Shown: positions 45,744 through 55,535 of the stretch, one piece after another
Numbering within the stretch: the first letter of the stretch is position 1
Layout of the letters: each line of letters begins with the position of its first letter
DNA from: an uncultured Gemmatimonadaceae bacterium
GTDB lineage: Bacteria; Gemmatimonadota; Gemmatimonadetes; Gemmatimonadales; Gemmatimonadaceae
Reading direction: 5' to 3'
Assembly (NCBI GenBank): GCA_963761305.1
Contig: CAVXGK010000002.1
Location: 3,040,001-3,104,000, forward strand
DNA length: 64,000 nucleotides
Position numbers and translations under genes: made by a program
Notes under the pieces: generated by a model
What the model saw: the letters and a program-made list of their open reading frames with translations, nothing else
Database searches by the model: none
Told to the model about the DNA's origin: nothing

Positions 45744-48593
45744 CTACGGATTCGCCTTCCCATTCTCCGGCAGCAACACGAATCGCGCGTAGTTCTTCGT
45801 GTCGAAATACTTCCGAGCCGCGTCCTGAATCTGCGCCGCGGTGAGCCCGGCCAACATCTGATCGTACGGCTTGAGCAGGCCCGTGAGATCCTCGCCGGCC
45901 TGATGGCGCGCCATGATGTTCCCCAGCCAGTAGCCGTTCTGTTTGATCTCGACTTCGCGCGCCCGCGTGAGCTGCTCCTTCACCTTGCCGACGTCCGCCG
46001 CAGACGGCACGGTCGCCTTGAGCGAGTCGATCATCGCGAACACGGTCTTCGACAACATCTCGACGTTTTCCGGCGACGAGTTGAACTGAACGGTGATGTC
46101 GTACTCCGGACGCGGAATGCGACCGCAGCCGCCGCCGACGCTCGGGCTGTAGGTCCCGCCGAGCTTCTCGCGCAACTCTTCGTCGAGCTTGATCTGGAAA
46201 TACTCCATCAGCGCACGGAACGCAAAACGCGTTTCGGGCGAGTACGTGCACGCGCCCGTGAACTCGATGCGTGTGTCGGCCTTCGGCTCGACACCCTTGC
46301 GGACCACCTTCTCCACCACGCCCTTCGGCGGCTCCACACCGACGTCGCGGAACGTCTCTCCCTTGTGCGTCGACGGTAGCGATGCCAGGTACTCCTCCAC
46401 GAGCGGCTTGAGCGTCACGGTGTCGACGTTGCCAACGAACAGGAAGGTGAAGTTGCTCGCGTCGGCGAAGCGATCCCTGTAGAACGCCAACGCCTTCTGG
46501 GGATTCAGTTCGCCGAACACCGCGGCGGTGAGTGGACGCGCACGGAAGTGGTGCTGCGCCATCGTCCACGTCACCGTGTCGATGAACACCTGGTCGGGAT
46601 CGTTCCCCTTGTCGGCGAAGTACGCCGCCGCCTGATTCTTCCACGCGCCGAATGCCACCGAGTCGAACCGCGGCGCCGTGAAGTCGAGATACGCAAGTTG
46701 GAAAAGCGTCTCGATATCCTTTGGCGACGCGTGTCCGCTGAGCCCTTCGCTCGTTTCGCCGATCGTCGGAGCCGCCGCGGCGGCCTTGCCGGCCAGCTTC
46801 TTTCCGAGATCGATCGCGTTGAACGCGCCGATGCCGCTCACGTTGATGACTTCCGAGGCGAATCCCGCCGAGATGTAGTTGGAGTCCGGCGCGAGCGACG
46901 ACCCGCCCATCGCCGACGCGCTGAACAACACTTCGTCGTCCTTGAAGTCGGTCGGCTTCACCATCACGTGCGCGCCGTTCGACAACGTCCAGTCGGTCAC
47001 GCCTACCGCTGGAATCGTCTTCGACGCGACGATCTTGCCGGCCGCCGGTGCATTCGGCACCAGCTCGGCGCCCGACAACGTCTCGGTGTAGGCCACCACC
47101 GGCGTCTTCGCCGTTCGGTCGAACACCGCCTTGAGCTCGGCCGGTGTCGGCACCTTCACGCTGTCCTTCTGCGGCGATTCGGCGATGATCACGCGGTTCT
47201 CGTCCGTGATCCACGCGCTCGCCATCTTGTTCACTTCCGCCAGCGTGATCGTCGGCACGAGCTGCTGCACGATCCTGTACTCGTACTCGATGCCCGGGAA
47301 CGGCTCGCCGTTCAGATAGTTGTCCACGTATTCCTGCACGTACGACGCCGATTGCGTCTTGTCACGCTCGGCGTACGCGCGCTCATACCCGCGCAGCATG
47401 TTCTGCTTCGCGCGATCCAACTCGCTCTGCAGGAATCCGAACTGGTCTACGCGCTTCGCCTCGAGCAGAATCGCCTGGAGACCCGCGTCGATCGTGCCGT
47501 TCTTCACGCTGGCGGCGAGCGTGAACGCGTCGCTCTCCCGTCCGATGAACGACCCCTTCGACGCGTCGGCGCCGAGGAACGGCGCGTCCGGCTTCTGCGC
47601 GATCTCTTCGAGGCGTGCGTTCAGCATCGTGAGATACAGCCGCTCCATCAAGTCGCGCCGGTAGTCGCCGACCGTCTTGGTCTTCTCGATCGGCAGCTTG
47701 AAGAGCAAGCTCACGTCCGAACCCTGCGCTTCCTTGTCCGACGCGACGGCGATGAGCGGCTCCTTGTTCGGCGGCACGGTGATCGTCGGCCGTTTCGTGG
47801 GATTCACCGCCTTCGGAATTCCCCCGAAGTGCTTCTTGATTTGCGCCTCGATCACCGCCGGATCGAAGTCGCCGACGGCGATCACCGCCTGGAGGTCCGG
47901 CCGATACCACGTCTTATAGAAGGACCGCACGCGCGCCGGCGTCGCGGTCATGATGCTCTGCTCGTTGCCGATCGGCAGCCGCTCGGCATAGAGCGATCCG
48001 CGAAGCGCGATCGGCAGCCACTGATGCAGCATGCGATCGCCCGCGCCTTTCCCGAGCCGCCATTCTTCGCGCACGACGCCACGCTCGTTCGCGACTTCGG
48101 CGGAATCGAGCGTCTCGCCGTGCGCCCAATCCGCGAGGATCGTGAACGCCTGATCGACGATCCGCGCCGTGTCGGTTGGGATCGGGAGGATGTAGATGGT
48201 CTCGTCGAAATCCGTGGAGGCGTTGAGGTCCGCGCCGAATCGTACGCCTATGGACTGCAAGTACTTGACGAGATCGTTGTGATTGAAATGCGTCGTGCCG
48301 TTGAACGCCATGTGCTCGACGAAGTGCGCTAGTCCGAGCTGGTTCTCGTTCTCGAGCACCGAGCCCGCGTTTTCGACCAGCCGCAACTCGGCGCGCTTCT
48401 CCGGCTTGTGATTGACGCGGATGTAGTAGCGAAGCCCGTTCGGCAGCGTCCCGACGCGCACTTTCGGGTCGTTCGGCAACGGGGACGAGGCCGACGGCGC
48501 GGCGCTGGGCGGCGCTTTCTGCGCCGCGACCGGTGTGAGAGCCGCGAGGCAGAGAAGCGCGGCTCTCACATATCGAGTCAGAGAATTGGACAT
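45744..48593 (-). CDS. M16 zinc protease (PqqL/pitrilysin-like), secreted
   Basis: Inverted zinc motif HFVEH, LPNGLRYYI, ERGVVREE, RLPIG, second half LSNGAHV. Confidence 0.92.
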   Translation of the reverse strand: MSNSLTRYVRAALLCLAALTPVAAQKAPPSAAPSASSPLPNDPKVRVGTLPNGLRYYIRVNHKPEKRAELRLVENAGSVLENENQLGLAHFVEHMAFNGTTHFNHNDLVKYLQSIGVRFGADLNASTDFDETIYILPIPTDTARIVDQAFTILADWAHGETLDSAEVANERGVVREEWRLGKGAGDRMLHQWLPIALRGSLYAERLPIGNEQSIMTATPARVRSFYKTWYRPDLQAVIAVGDFDPAVIEAQIKKHFGGIPKAVNPTKRPTITVPPNKEPLIAVASDKEAQGSDVSLLFKLPIEKTKTVGDYRRDLMERLYLTMLNARLEEIAQKPDAPFLGADASKGSFIGRESDAFTLAASVKNGTIDAGLQAILLEAKRVDQFGFLQSELDRAKQNMLRGYERAYAERDKTQSASYVQEYVDNYLNGEPFPGIEYEYRIVQQLVPTITLAEVNKMASAWITDENRVIIAESPQKDSVKVPTPAELKAVFDRTAKTPVVAYTETLSGAELVPNAPAAGKIVASKTIPAVGVTDWTLSNGAHVMVKPTDFKDDEVLFSASAMGGSSLAPDSNYISAGFASEVINVSGIGAFNAIDLGKKLAGKAAAAAPTIGETSEGLSGHASPKDIETLFQLAYLDFTAPRFDSVAFGAWKNQAAAYFADKGNDPDQVFIDTVTWTMAQHHFRARPLTAAVFGELNPQKALAFYRDRFADASNFTFLFVGNVDTVTLKPLVEEYLASLPSTHKGETFRDVGVEPPKGVVEKVVRKGVEPKADTRIEFTGACTYSPETRFAFRALMEYFQIKLDEELREKLGGTYSPSVGGGCGRIPRPEYDITVQFNSSPENVEMLSKTVFAMIDSLKATVPSAADVGKVKEQLTRAREVEIKQNGYWLGNIMARHQAGEDLTGLLKPYDQMLAGLTAAQIQDAARKYFDTKNYARFVLLPENGKANP

Positions 48594-48744
48594 GGTCGAA
48601 TGTTACCCGGTCGAGGCGTTCTCGTTGCCGTCCGCGGTGTGTCGGACTCGGCTTTCAGTATAGGTTGACCGCCACTGGCCACGCCGAGTCGACGACGACT
48701 CGCGGCCGCGAACTCCCCGAATTCATATGAGGGTGGACGCCAAG

Positions 48745-51700
48745 ATGCGACGCCGATTCCCACGTCGTACAAGCGCTTTACTGTTTGCCATCACCGTTCT
48801 TTCATGCGTCGGCACCACGAGCCCGGATGCTCCGGCCAAGAAGGTCGGGCCGGCGGGGCTGGACATAACGTCGACGCGTCCGCCCGTCGTCATCAGCCAG
48901 GTTTACGGAGGCGGCGGCAACTCCGGCGCGCCGGTCTCGAACGACTTCATCGAGCTGTTCAACCCCGGCATCGCGGCGGTGTCGCTCGCTGGGTGGAGCG
49001 TTCAGTACGGGTCCACGACGAGTACCGCCGCGTGGCAGGTGACCGCACTGACGGGCTCGATTCCGCCGGGCGGCTACTACTTGGTGGAAGAAGCGATCGG
49101 CGCGAACAGCCCACCCGTGGCCTCGCTGCCCACCGCTGACGCAACCGGTGCGATCGCGATGGCCGCGGGGGCGGCGCGTGTTGCGCTCGTGAACACGACG
49201 ACCGCGATCGTCACGAATCCCGCCTCGTGCCCCACCGGCGTCGCCTCGGTGGTCGACCTCGTGTCGTACGGCTCGACATCGTGCGCGGGAACGTTGACCA
49301 CGGCGGCGCTGACCAACACCACGTCGGCTTCGCGCAACGACAGCGGATGCGCCTGGACGGGGGCCTCGCAGACCGACTTCACGATCGGGGCGCCCGCGCC
49401 GCGCAACAGCACGACGCCGAGCCACGCGTGCGGCAGCGGCACCACGGGCCCGCTCGATCACATCAAGCTCGGCGGACCGACGTCCGTCGTCCTCGGCTCG
49501 AGCATCCAGCTCACCGCCACGGGCTTCGACGCGTCGAACAATCAGCTCAACCCGCAGCCGACGATCACCTGGTCGTCTGACACGCCCACCAACGTCGACA
49601 TAAATCCGACGACGGGCAACGCGTCGGGCGTCGCCATCGGCACGGCCAACGTCACGGCGACGTCGGGCAGCGTGAGCGCGACCGTGCAGATCACCGTCAT
49701 CACACCGACGAACGGCGTGGTCATCAGCCAGGTCTACGGCGGCGGCGGCAATTCGGGCGCGACGTTCAAGAACGACTTCATCGAATTGTTCAATCGCGGC
49801 GGCGCGGCCGTCTCGGTCGACGGCTGGAGCGTGCAGTACATGTCGGCGAACGCGACCGGCACGTGGCAGGTGACGGCGCTCAGCGGTTCGATCCCGCCGA
49901 ACAGCTACTATCTCGTGCAGGAGGCGGCCGGCGCCGCAGGCACGACGAATTTGCCGACGCCGCAGACGATCGGCACGATCGCGATGTCGCAGAGCGACGC
50001 CCGCGTCGCCCTCGTGAACACCACGACGGCCCTCACCACGTCCGGCCAGGGCGCCTGCCCGACGGCGGCCGCCAGCGTCGTCGATCTCGTCGCGTACGGC
50101 ACCACGCAGTGTCCCGCGACCTTCGACGCGCCGACGCTCAGCGCCACGACCGCCGACCTCCGCATCAACGGCGGATGCGAGTATTCAGCAAATCCTAATG
50201 CCGATTTCGTGGTCGGCTCGCCGAATCCGCGCACCGCGGCCACGCCGGCGCGCTCGTGCACCCTCGGTCCGATCGACCACATCACCGTGACCGGCGCGGC
50301 CGCGGTCGGCGTCGGCGGTGTGACGACCCTCAAGGCGACGGCGTTCGACAATACGGCGAACAACAACATTCTCACCCACACCACGTTCACCTGGTCGTCC
50401 GACAGCCCGAACGCCACGGTCGACCAAACAGGGCGTGTGACGGGCGTGACGATCGGCCCGGCGAACGTCAGCGCCGCGAGCAACGGGAAGACGGGCACCC
50501 TCGCGATGAGCGTCGTCGACCCGAACGCGCCGGCGACGATCACCCTCACGTCCAAGTCGGCCATCCCGTATCCCGCCGGCTACGTCGACGTACTGCTCTC
50601 CGCCGTCACCAACGGCCTCGGCTCGACGGTCACGCCGACGCTCACGTGGACGACGAGCGACCCCAACGTCGCGACGGTCGACCAGCAGGGCAGCGTCCTC
50701 GGTGTGGGCGCGGGTCCGGTGACGATCACCGCGACGGCACCGAACAACGTGTCGGGCACCGAGCACCTCACGATCGAGCCGCACACCGCCGCGACGACGG
50801 CGATCTACCGCGATCACCTTGCGTTCGGCGCGCCCGTCGGCGCCGATCCGAGCGACATCGTGTTGAGCAAGACGCAGTACGTCGTGTCGTACAACCCCAA
50901 CCGCCTCGGCACGGACTGGGTGTCGTGGAATCTCAACGGATCGCAGTTCGGTCCGGCGCCTCGCTGCAACTGCTTCAGCCCCGATCCGGATCTCCCGGCG
51001 AACGTCTATCACGTCACCGACTTCGACTACACCGGCAGCGGCTACGACCGCGGCCACATGACGACGTCCGAGGAGCGCACGACGACCGATCAGGAAAACG
51101 CGACGACCTACATCCTCACCAACGTGCTCCCGCAGCTCGACGCGAACAACGCCGGGCCGTGGGAAGGGTTTGAGAATTTTCTAAATGCGCAGGCCCAGTC
51201 GGGGAAAGAGATCTACACCGTAGCCGGCCCGCAGTGGGGCCCGACCGTGCACACCCTGCACGGCAGCGGTGCGTCCCCGAACAAGGTGCAGATTCCCGAT
51301 TTCACGTGGAAAGTCGCCGTCATCCTGAACGGCGGTCAGGGCCTCGCCGACGTGCACTCGTCGCACGACCTGCAGGTGCTCGCCGTGAAGATGCCGAACC
51401 TGAGCGCCGCGGACGCGGCGACCGGTCTGCCCGGCTCGTCGGCCGCGAATCTCTCGGGCCTCGACTATACGCCGTTCCTCACCAGCGCGCGCGCGATCGA
51501 ACAGGCGACCGGCTTGAGCCTGCTCACGGCGCTGCCGGACAGCATTCGCAACATCGTCGAGACGATGGACCATCCGCCGACCGTCTCGTTCACCGGCACC
51601 GCGGCGCTGAACGAAGGGGGCACGGCGAGCTTTGACGCGAGCGCGTCGACCGATGCGGACGCCGGCGACGCCGTGGTCAAGTATGTGTGGAACTTCGGCG

Positions 51701-53022
51701 ACGGCACGCCGGCGGTGAGCGGCACGACGCCCACCGTCACGCACGTCTTCGCGGACAACGGCAACTTCACCGTCACGCTCGCGGCGTACGACCTCCAGGG
51801 CGCGAGCGGCGTGGCGACGAAAGTGGTCGCGGTCGCCAACGTTGCTCCGACCGCCACGTTCACGGCGCCAACCACCGGCGTCGAAGGCTCGCCGTTCGCG
51901 CTCAAGTTCACCGGCGGCACGGATGTGTCGTCGGTCGATGCCGCGACGCTCACCTATGCGTTCGATTGCGGCACCGGCACCTACGGCACCGCGTCGCCGG
52001 CGGCGACCGCGACGTGCACGCCGCCCGACAACGGTACCTTCACCGTTCGCGGCAAGGTGCTCGACAAGGACGGCGGCTCGACCGAATACACCGCGTCCGT
52101 CGTCGTCGCCAACGCGGCGCCCACCGCCGTGCTCAACGCGCCTGCGACCGCGACGCAGGGCACGCCGTTCACGCTGTCGCTCTCCAACGTCGTCGACCCG
52201 TCGTCCGCCGACGTCGCGGCAGGACTTCAGGTGCGGTTCAACTGCGGCACCGGCTTCGGCGCCGCGTCCACCGCGACCAGCGTGAGCTGTCCCGCGAACA
52301 CCAACACCACGCTCACCGTCGGCGCGACGATCACCGACAAGGACGGCGGCACGAGCAGCTACACGGGCGCCGTCGTCGTGCAGCAGGTGCTCGCCGGCAA
52401 CACGAACAGCTGCTCCGGCAATTGCGTCATCCCGTCCGGCGCGACGCTCGGCACGGACCTCACGATCAACGCCGGTGGCGTCGTCGTCGCGCAGGGCACG
52501 TTGAACGGCAACGTCACCATCGGCGCGGGCGGAAAGCTCCAGCTCGCCGGCGGCTCGGCGTCGAAGAATCTCGACCTGCGGTCGGGTGCCACGCTCGTCG
52601 CGCAGGGTGGTACCATCGGCGGCAACGTGCAGGGCGCCGGCGCAGTGAGTCTCGACGCCGGCACCAGCGTCGTCGGCAATCTCCAATTGGTCGGCGCGAC
52701 GAGCATCTCCGTCGCCGCGACGGTCAAGGGCGGCTTTCAGATCACCAACCTGACGGGCGCCGGCGCGATCTGCGGCGCGCGAATCCAGGGCGATCTCCAG
52801 CTCGTGGGCGGCGGCGCCCAGAGCGCGTTGACACTCGGCGACGGATCCGAGTGCGGCGGCAACACTGTCGGCGGGAACATGATGGTCACCGCGAACCGCG
52901 GCACCGTGTCGGTCGTCGGCAACGTCATCACCGGCAACCTGCAGTGCCAGTCCAACACGACAATCACGTCGAGCGGCAACACGACGATCAACGGCAAGAA
53001 GCAAGGCCAGTGCACGCAGTGA
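48745..53022 (+). CDS. Large surface (lipo)protein: two lamin-tail domains, Ig-like repeats, DNA/RNA non-specific endonuclease, PKD-like repeats and C-terminal beta-helix
   Basis: Lipobox-like VLSC; two 'VVISQVYGGGGNSGA...NDFIELFN' domains; Ig-like 'TWSSD/TWTTSDP' repeats; endonuclease 'YDRGHM...TNVLPQ...NAGPW'; PKD 'WNFGDG'; Gly/Asn/Val-rich tail. Alternative start 48727. Confidence 0.88.
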   Translation: MRRRFPRRTSALLFAITVLSCVGTTSPDAPAKKVGPAGLDITSTRPPVVISQVYGGGGNSGAPVSNDFIELFNPGIAAVSLAGWSVQYGSTTSTAAWQVTALTGSIPPGGYYLVEEAIGANSPPVASLPTADATGAIAMAAGAARVALVNTTTAIVTNPASCPTGVASVVDLVSYGSTSCAGTLTTAALTNTTSASRNDSGCAWTGASQTDFTIGAPAPRNSTTPSHACGSGTTGPLDHIKLGGPTSVVLGSSIQLTATGFDASNNQLNPQPTITWSSDTPTNVDINPTTGNASGVAIGTANVTATSGSVSATVQITVITPTNGVVISQVYGGGGNSGATFKNDFIELFNRGGAAVSVDGWSVQYMSANATGTWQVTALSGSIPPNSYYLVQEAAGAAGTTNLPTPQTIGTIAMSQSDARVALVNTTTALTTSGQGACPTAAASVVDLVAYGTTQCPATFDAPTLSATTADLRINGGCEYSANPNADFVVGSPNPRTAATPARSCTLGPIDHITVTGAAAVGVGGVTTLKATAFDNTANNNILTHTTFTWSSDSPNATVDQTGRVTGVTIGPANVSAASNGKTGTLAMSVVDPNAPATITLTSKSAIPYPAGYVDVLLSAVTNGLGSTVTPTLTWTTSDPNVATVDQQGSVLGVGAGPVTITATAPNNVSGTEHLTIEPHTAATTAIYRDHLAFGAPVGADPSDIVLSKTQYVVSYNPNRLGTDWVSWNLNGSQFGPAPRCNCFSPDPDLPANVYHVTDFDYTGSGYDRGHMTTSEERTTTDQENATTYILTNVLPQLDANNAGPWEGFENFLNAQAQSGKEIYTVAGPQWGPTVHTLHGSGASPNKVQIPDFTWKVAVILNGGQGLADVHSSHDLQVLAVKMPNLSAADAATGLPGSSAANLSGLDYTPFLTSARAIEQATGLSLLTALPDSIRNIVETMDHPPTVSFTGTAALNEGGTASFDASASTDADAGDAVVKYVWNFGDGTPAVSGTTPTVTHVFADNGNFTVTLAAYDLQGASGVATKVVAVANVAPTATFTAPTTGVEGSPFALKFTGGTDVSSVDAATLTYAFDCGTGTYGTASPAATATCTPPDNGTFTVRGKVLDKDGGSTEYTASVVVANAAPTAVLNAPATATQGTPFTLSLSNVVDPSSADVAAGLQVRFNCGTGFGAASTATSVSCPANTNTTLTVGATITDKDGGTSSYTGAVVVQQVLAGNTNSCSGNCVIPSGATLGTDLTINAGGVVVAQGTLNGNVTIGAGGKLQLAGGSASKNLDLRSGATLVAQGGTIGGNVQGAGAVSLDAGTSVVGNLQLVGATSISVAATVKGGFQITNLTGAGAICGARIQGDLQLVGGGAQSALTLGDGSECGGNTVGGNMMVTANRGTVSVVGNVITGNLQCQSNTTITSSGNTTINGKKQGQCTQ

Positions 53023-53052
53023 TCGCGCGGCCAGCGCGATGAACGGCCCCCC

Positions 53053-53088
53053 CCGCGGCGGAGCTCGAGCTCCGTCGCGGTTTTGTTT
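53053..53088 (+). terminator. Rho-independent terminator
   Basis: ccgcggcggagct-cg-agctccgtcgcgg followed by ttttgttt, 30 bp after the nuclease stop. Confidence 0.8.
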
Positions 53089-53237
53089 GTTCGGGTTCTC
53101 TCGCTCCCCCTCCCCGGAGACAACTCCACATGCGCTCGTAGCCAACAGCGCGCGCGGCGCGCAGATTACCGCCCGAGTCCCGGTGCCGCCCATGATGAGG
53201 CACGGACGCGAAATGGCCGTAATCCGAGAGGAACTGC

Positions 53238-55493
53238 ATGCGACTTCGTTCTCGATTCGCCGCGTCCGCGGCGTTGCTGTTGTGCGCGACCGCTGGTGCC
53301 GCGACGCTCACCGCGCAAGCCTCGTCGAAGATCGGCGCCGCCGACTACGCGCGAGCGGAACGGGCCATGAGCTACAACGTGACGCCGCTCGTCTTCGGAA
53401 CCTCGGTCCGTCCGACCTGGCTCCCGGACGAGCGGTTCTGGTTTCGCGACCTGACTCCGACGGGAAGCGAGACGATTCTCGTCGACCCCGCCAAGGGCAC
53501 GCGCACGCGTTGCGACAACGAGCCCAACCACTGCGGCATCGACTTTCCGCCGGACAGTGGCGCCGGCCGCGGAGGACGCGGCGGCGGTGGCGGGCGAGGA
53601 GGGCGCGGCGGCGGACGCGCGCCGGAGACGATGTCGCCCGACGGAACCAAGGGCGCCTTCATCCGCGATTGGAACCTCTGGGTTCGCGACGTCGCTACCG
53701 GGCGCGAAACGCAGCTCACCACCGACGGCGTGAAAGACTTCGGCTACGCGACCGACAACGCCGGCTGGCAGAACAGCGAACGCGCGATTCTCCTCTGGTC
53801 GCCCGACTCCAAGAAGATCGCCACGTTCCAGCAGGATCAGCGCAACGTCGGCGAGCTGTACCTGGTCAGCACCAAAGTCGGTCATCCCGAGCTGCACACC
53901 TACAAGTATCCGCTGCCCGGCGACAGCGTCGTCACGATGATCCACCGCGTGATCATCGACCTGAGTGGCGCGACGCCGCGCATGATCCGCCTCCAGATGC
54001 CCGCCGACCAGCACCGCTCCACGCTGTGCGACGACATCGCCTGCCGCGGCTCGTGGTCCGACGTCGAGTGGTACCCGGACGGCGCACACGTCGCGTTCGT
54101 CTCGACGTCGCGCGACCACAAGCACGAGGTCCTGCGCGTCGCCGACGCCATTACCGGCGCGATTCGCGACGTGCTCGAGGAGACGTCGAAGACGCAATTC
54201 GAATCCGGCAACGGCCGCGTGAACTGGCACGTGCTCCCGGCGTCGAACGAAGTGATCTGGTTCTCCGAGCGCGACGACTGGGGCCAGCTCTATCTGTACG
54301 ATCTCACGACGGGCAAGCTCGTTCGCCAGATCACGAGCGGCGTCGGCAACGTGACGCAGCTCGTCCACATCGATCAACCGAAGCGCGAACTCTATTTCAT
54401 CGGCGTCGGCAAGGAGGCGGGGCGCGATCCGTACTTCCGCCACTTCTATAAGATCGGAATGGACGGCAAGGGGCTCACGCTCCTCACGCCCGAGAACGCC
54501 GACCACGACGCATCGCTCTCGCCGAACAACAAATACCTGTTCGACACGCACTCCACACCAACGACGCCGCAGACGACCGTGGTGCGCGATCTCGACGGCA
54601 AGCTGCTCGTCACCGTCGAGAAAGCCGACATCTCGCGCCTGGTCGCCACGGGATGGAAGCCGCCCACGCCGATCACCGTCAAAGCGCGCGACGGCAAGAC
54701 GGACCTCTACGGTCTCATGTTCGTCCCGACGCCGCTCGACTCGAGCAAGAAGTACCCGATCATCAACCACATCTATCCGGGGCCGCAGACGGGCTCCGTC
54801 GGCGGCAGGACCTTCAATCCCGCGCGCGGCGACGCGCAAGGACTCGCCGACCTCGGGTTTGTCGTCGTCGAGATCGATGGCATGGGGACGCCGTGGCGGT
54901 CCAAGGCCTTTCACGACGCGTACTACGCCAACATGGGCGACAACACGCTCCCCGATCAGGTGGCCGCGATGCGCGAGCTCGCCCAGCGCTACCGATGGAT
55001 CGACATCGACAAAGCCGGCATCTACGGCCACTCGGGCGGCGGCTTCGCCACTGCCGACGCGATGTTCCGCTATCCCGACTTTTTCAAAGTTGGTATCTCG
55101 GAATCAGGAAACCACGACAACCGCGTGTACGAGGACGACTGGGGCGAGCGGTACGAGGGACTCGACGACGGCCACAACTACGACGCCGCGGCGAATCAGA
55201 CCGTCGCCAAGAATCTCAAAGGGAAGCTGCTCCTCGCGCACGGCACGCTTGACAACAACGTCCCGCCGAACAACACGCTGCTCGTCGTCGACGCGCTCAT
55301 CAAAGCGAACAAGGATTTCGATCTGCTCATGCTCCCCAACCAGCCGCACGGGTACGGCGCCGAATCCAACTATATGACGCGCCGCCGTTGGGACTACTTC
55401 GTCAAGAACCTCCTCGGCGCGGAACCCCCGAAGGAGTACGAGCTGGGACCGAAACAGGCCGGAAGCCCGCGCGTGACACCCGAGGCCCCGTAG
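53238..55493 (+). CDS. Dipeptidyl-peptidase IV-like serine peptidase (S9), secreted; paralogue of 16231..18711
   Basis: RBS gagg; SERDDWGQLY, IYPGP, GHSGGG nucleophile, DNNV, QPH. Confidence 0.9.
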   Translation: MRLRSRFAASAALLLCATAGAATLTAQASSKIGAADYARAERAMSYNVTPLVFGTSVRPTWLPDERFWFRDLTPTGSETILVDPAKGTRTRCDNEPNHCGIDFPPDSGAGRGGRGGGGGRGGRGGGRAPETMSPDGTKGAFIRDWNLWVRDVATGRETQLTTDGVKDFGYATDNAGWQNSERAILLWSPDSKKIATFQQDQRNVGELYLVSTKVGHPELHTYKYPLPGDSVVTMIHRVIIDLSGATPRMIRLQMPADQHRSTLCDDIACRGSWSDVEWYPDGAHVAFVSTSRDHKHEVLRVADAITGAIRDVLEETSKTQFESGNGRVNWHVLPASNEVIWFSERDDWGQLYLYDLTTGKLVRQITSGVGNVTQLVHIDQPKRELYFIGVGKEAGRDPYFRHFYKIGMDGKGLTLLTPENADHDASLSPNNKYLFDTHSTPTTPQTTVVRDLDGKLLVTVEKADISRLVATGWKPPTPITVKARDGKTDLYGLMFVPTPLDSSKKYPIINHIYPGPQTGSVGGRTFNPARGDAQGLADLGFVVVEIDGMGTPWRSKAFHDAYYANMGDNTLPDQVAAMRELAQRYRWIDIDKAGIYGHSGGGFATADAMFRYPDFFKVGISESGNHDNRVYEDDWGERYEGLDDGHNYDAAANQTVAKNLKGKLLLAHGTLDNNVPPNNTLLVVDALIKANKDFDLLMLPNQPHGYGAESNYMTRRRWDYFVKNLLGAEPPKEYELGPKQAGSPRVTPEAP

Positions 55494-55535
55494 GCGCGGA
55501 CCTGCCGCGCGATTTCGCCCTGAACAAGAGCCTCG

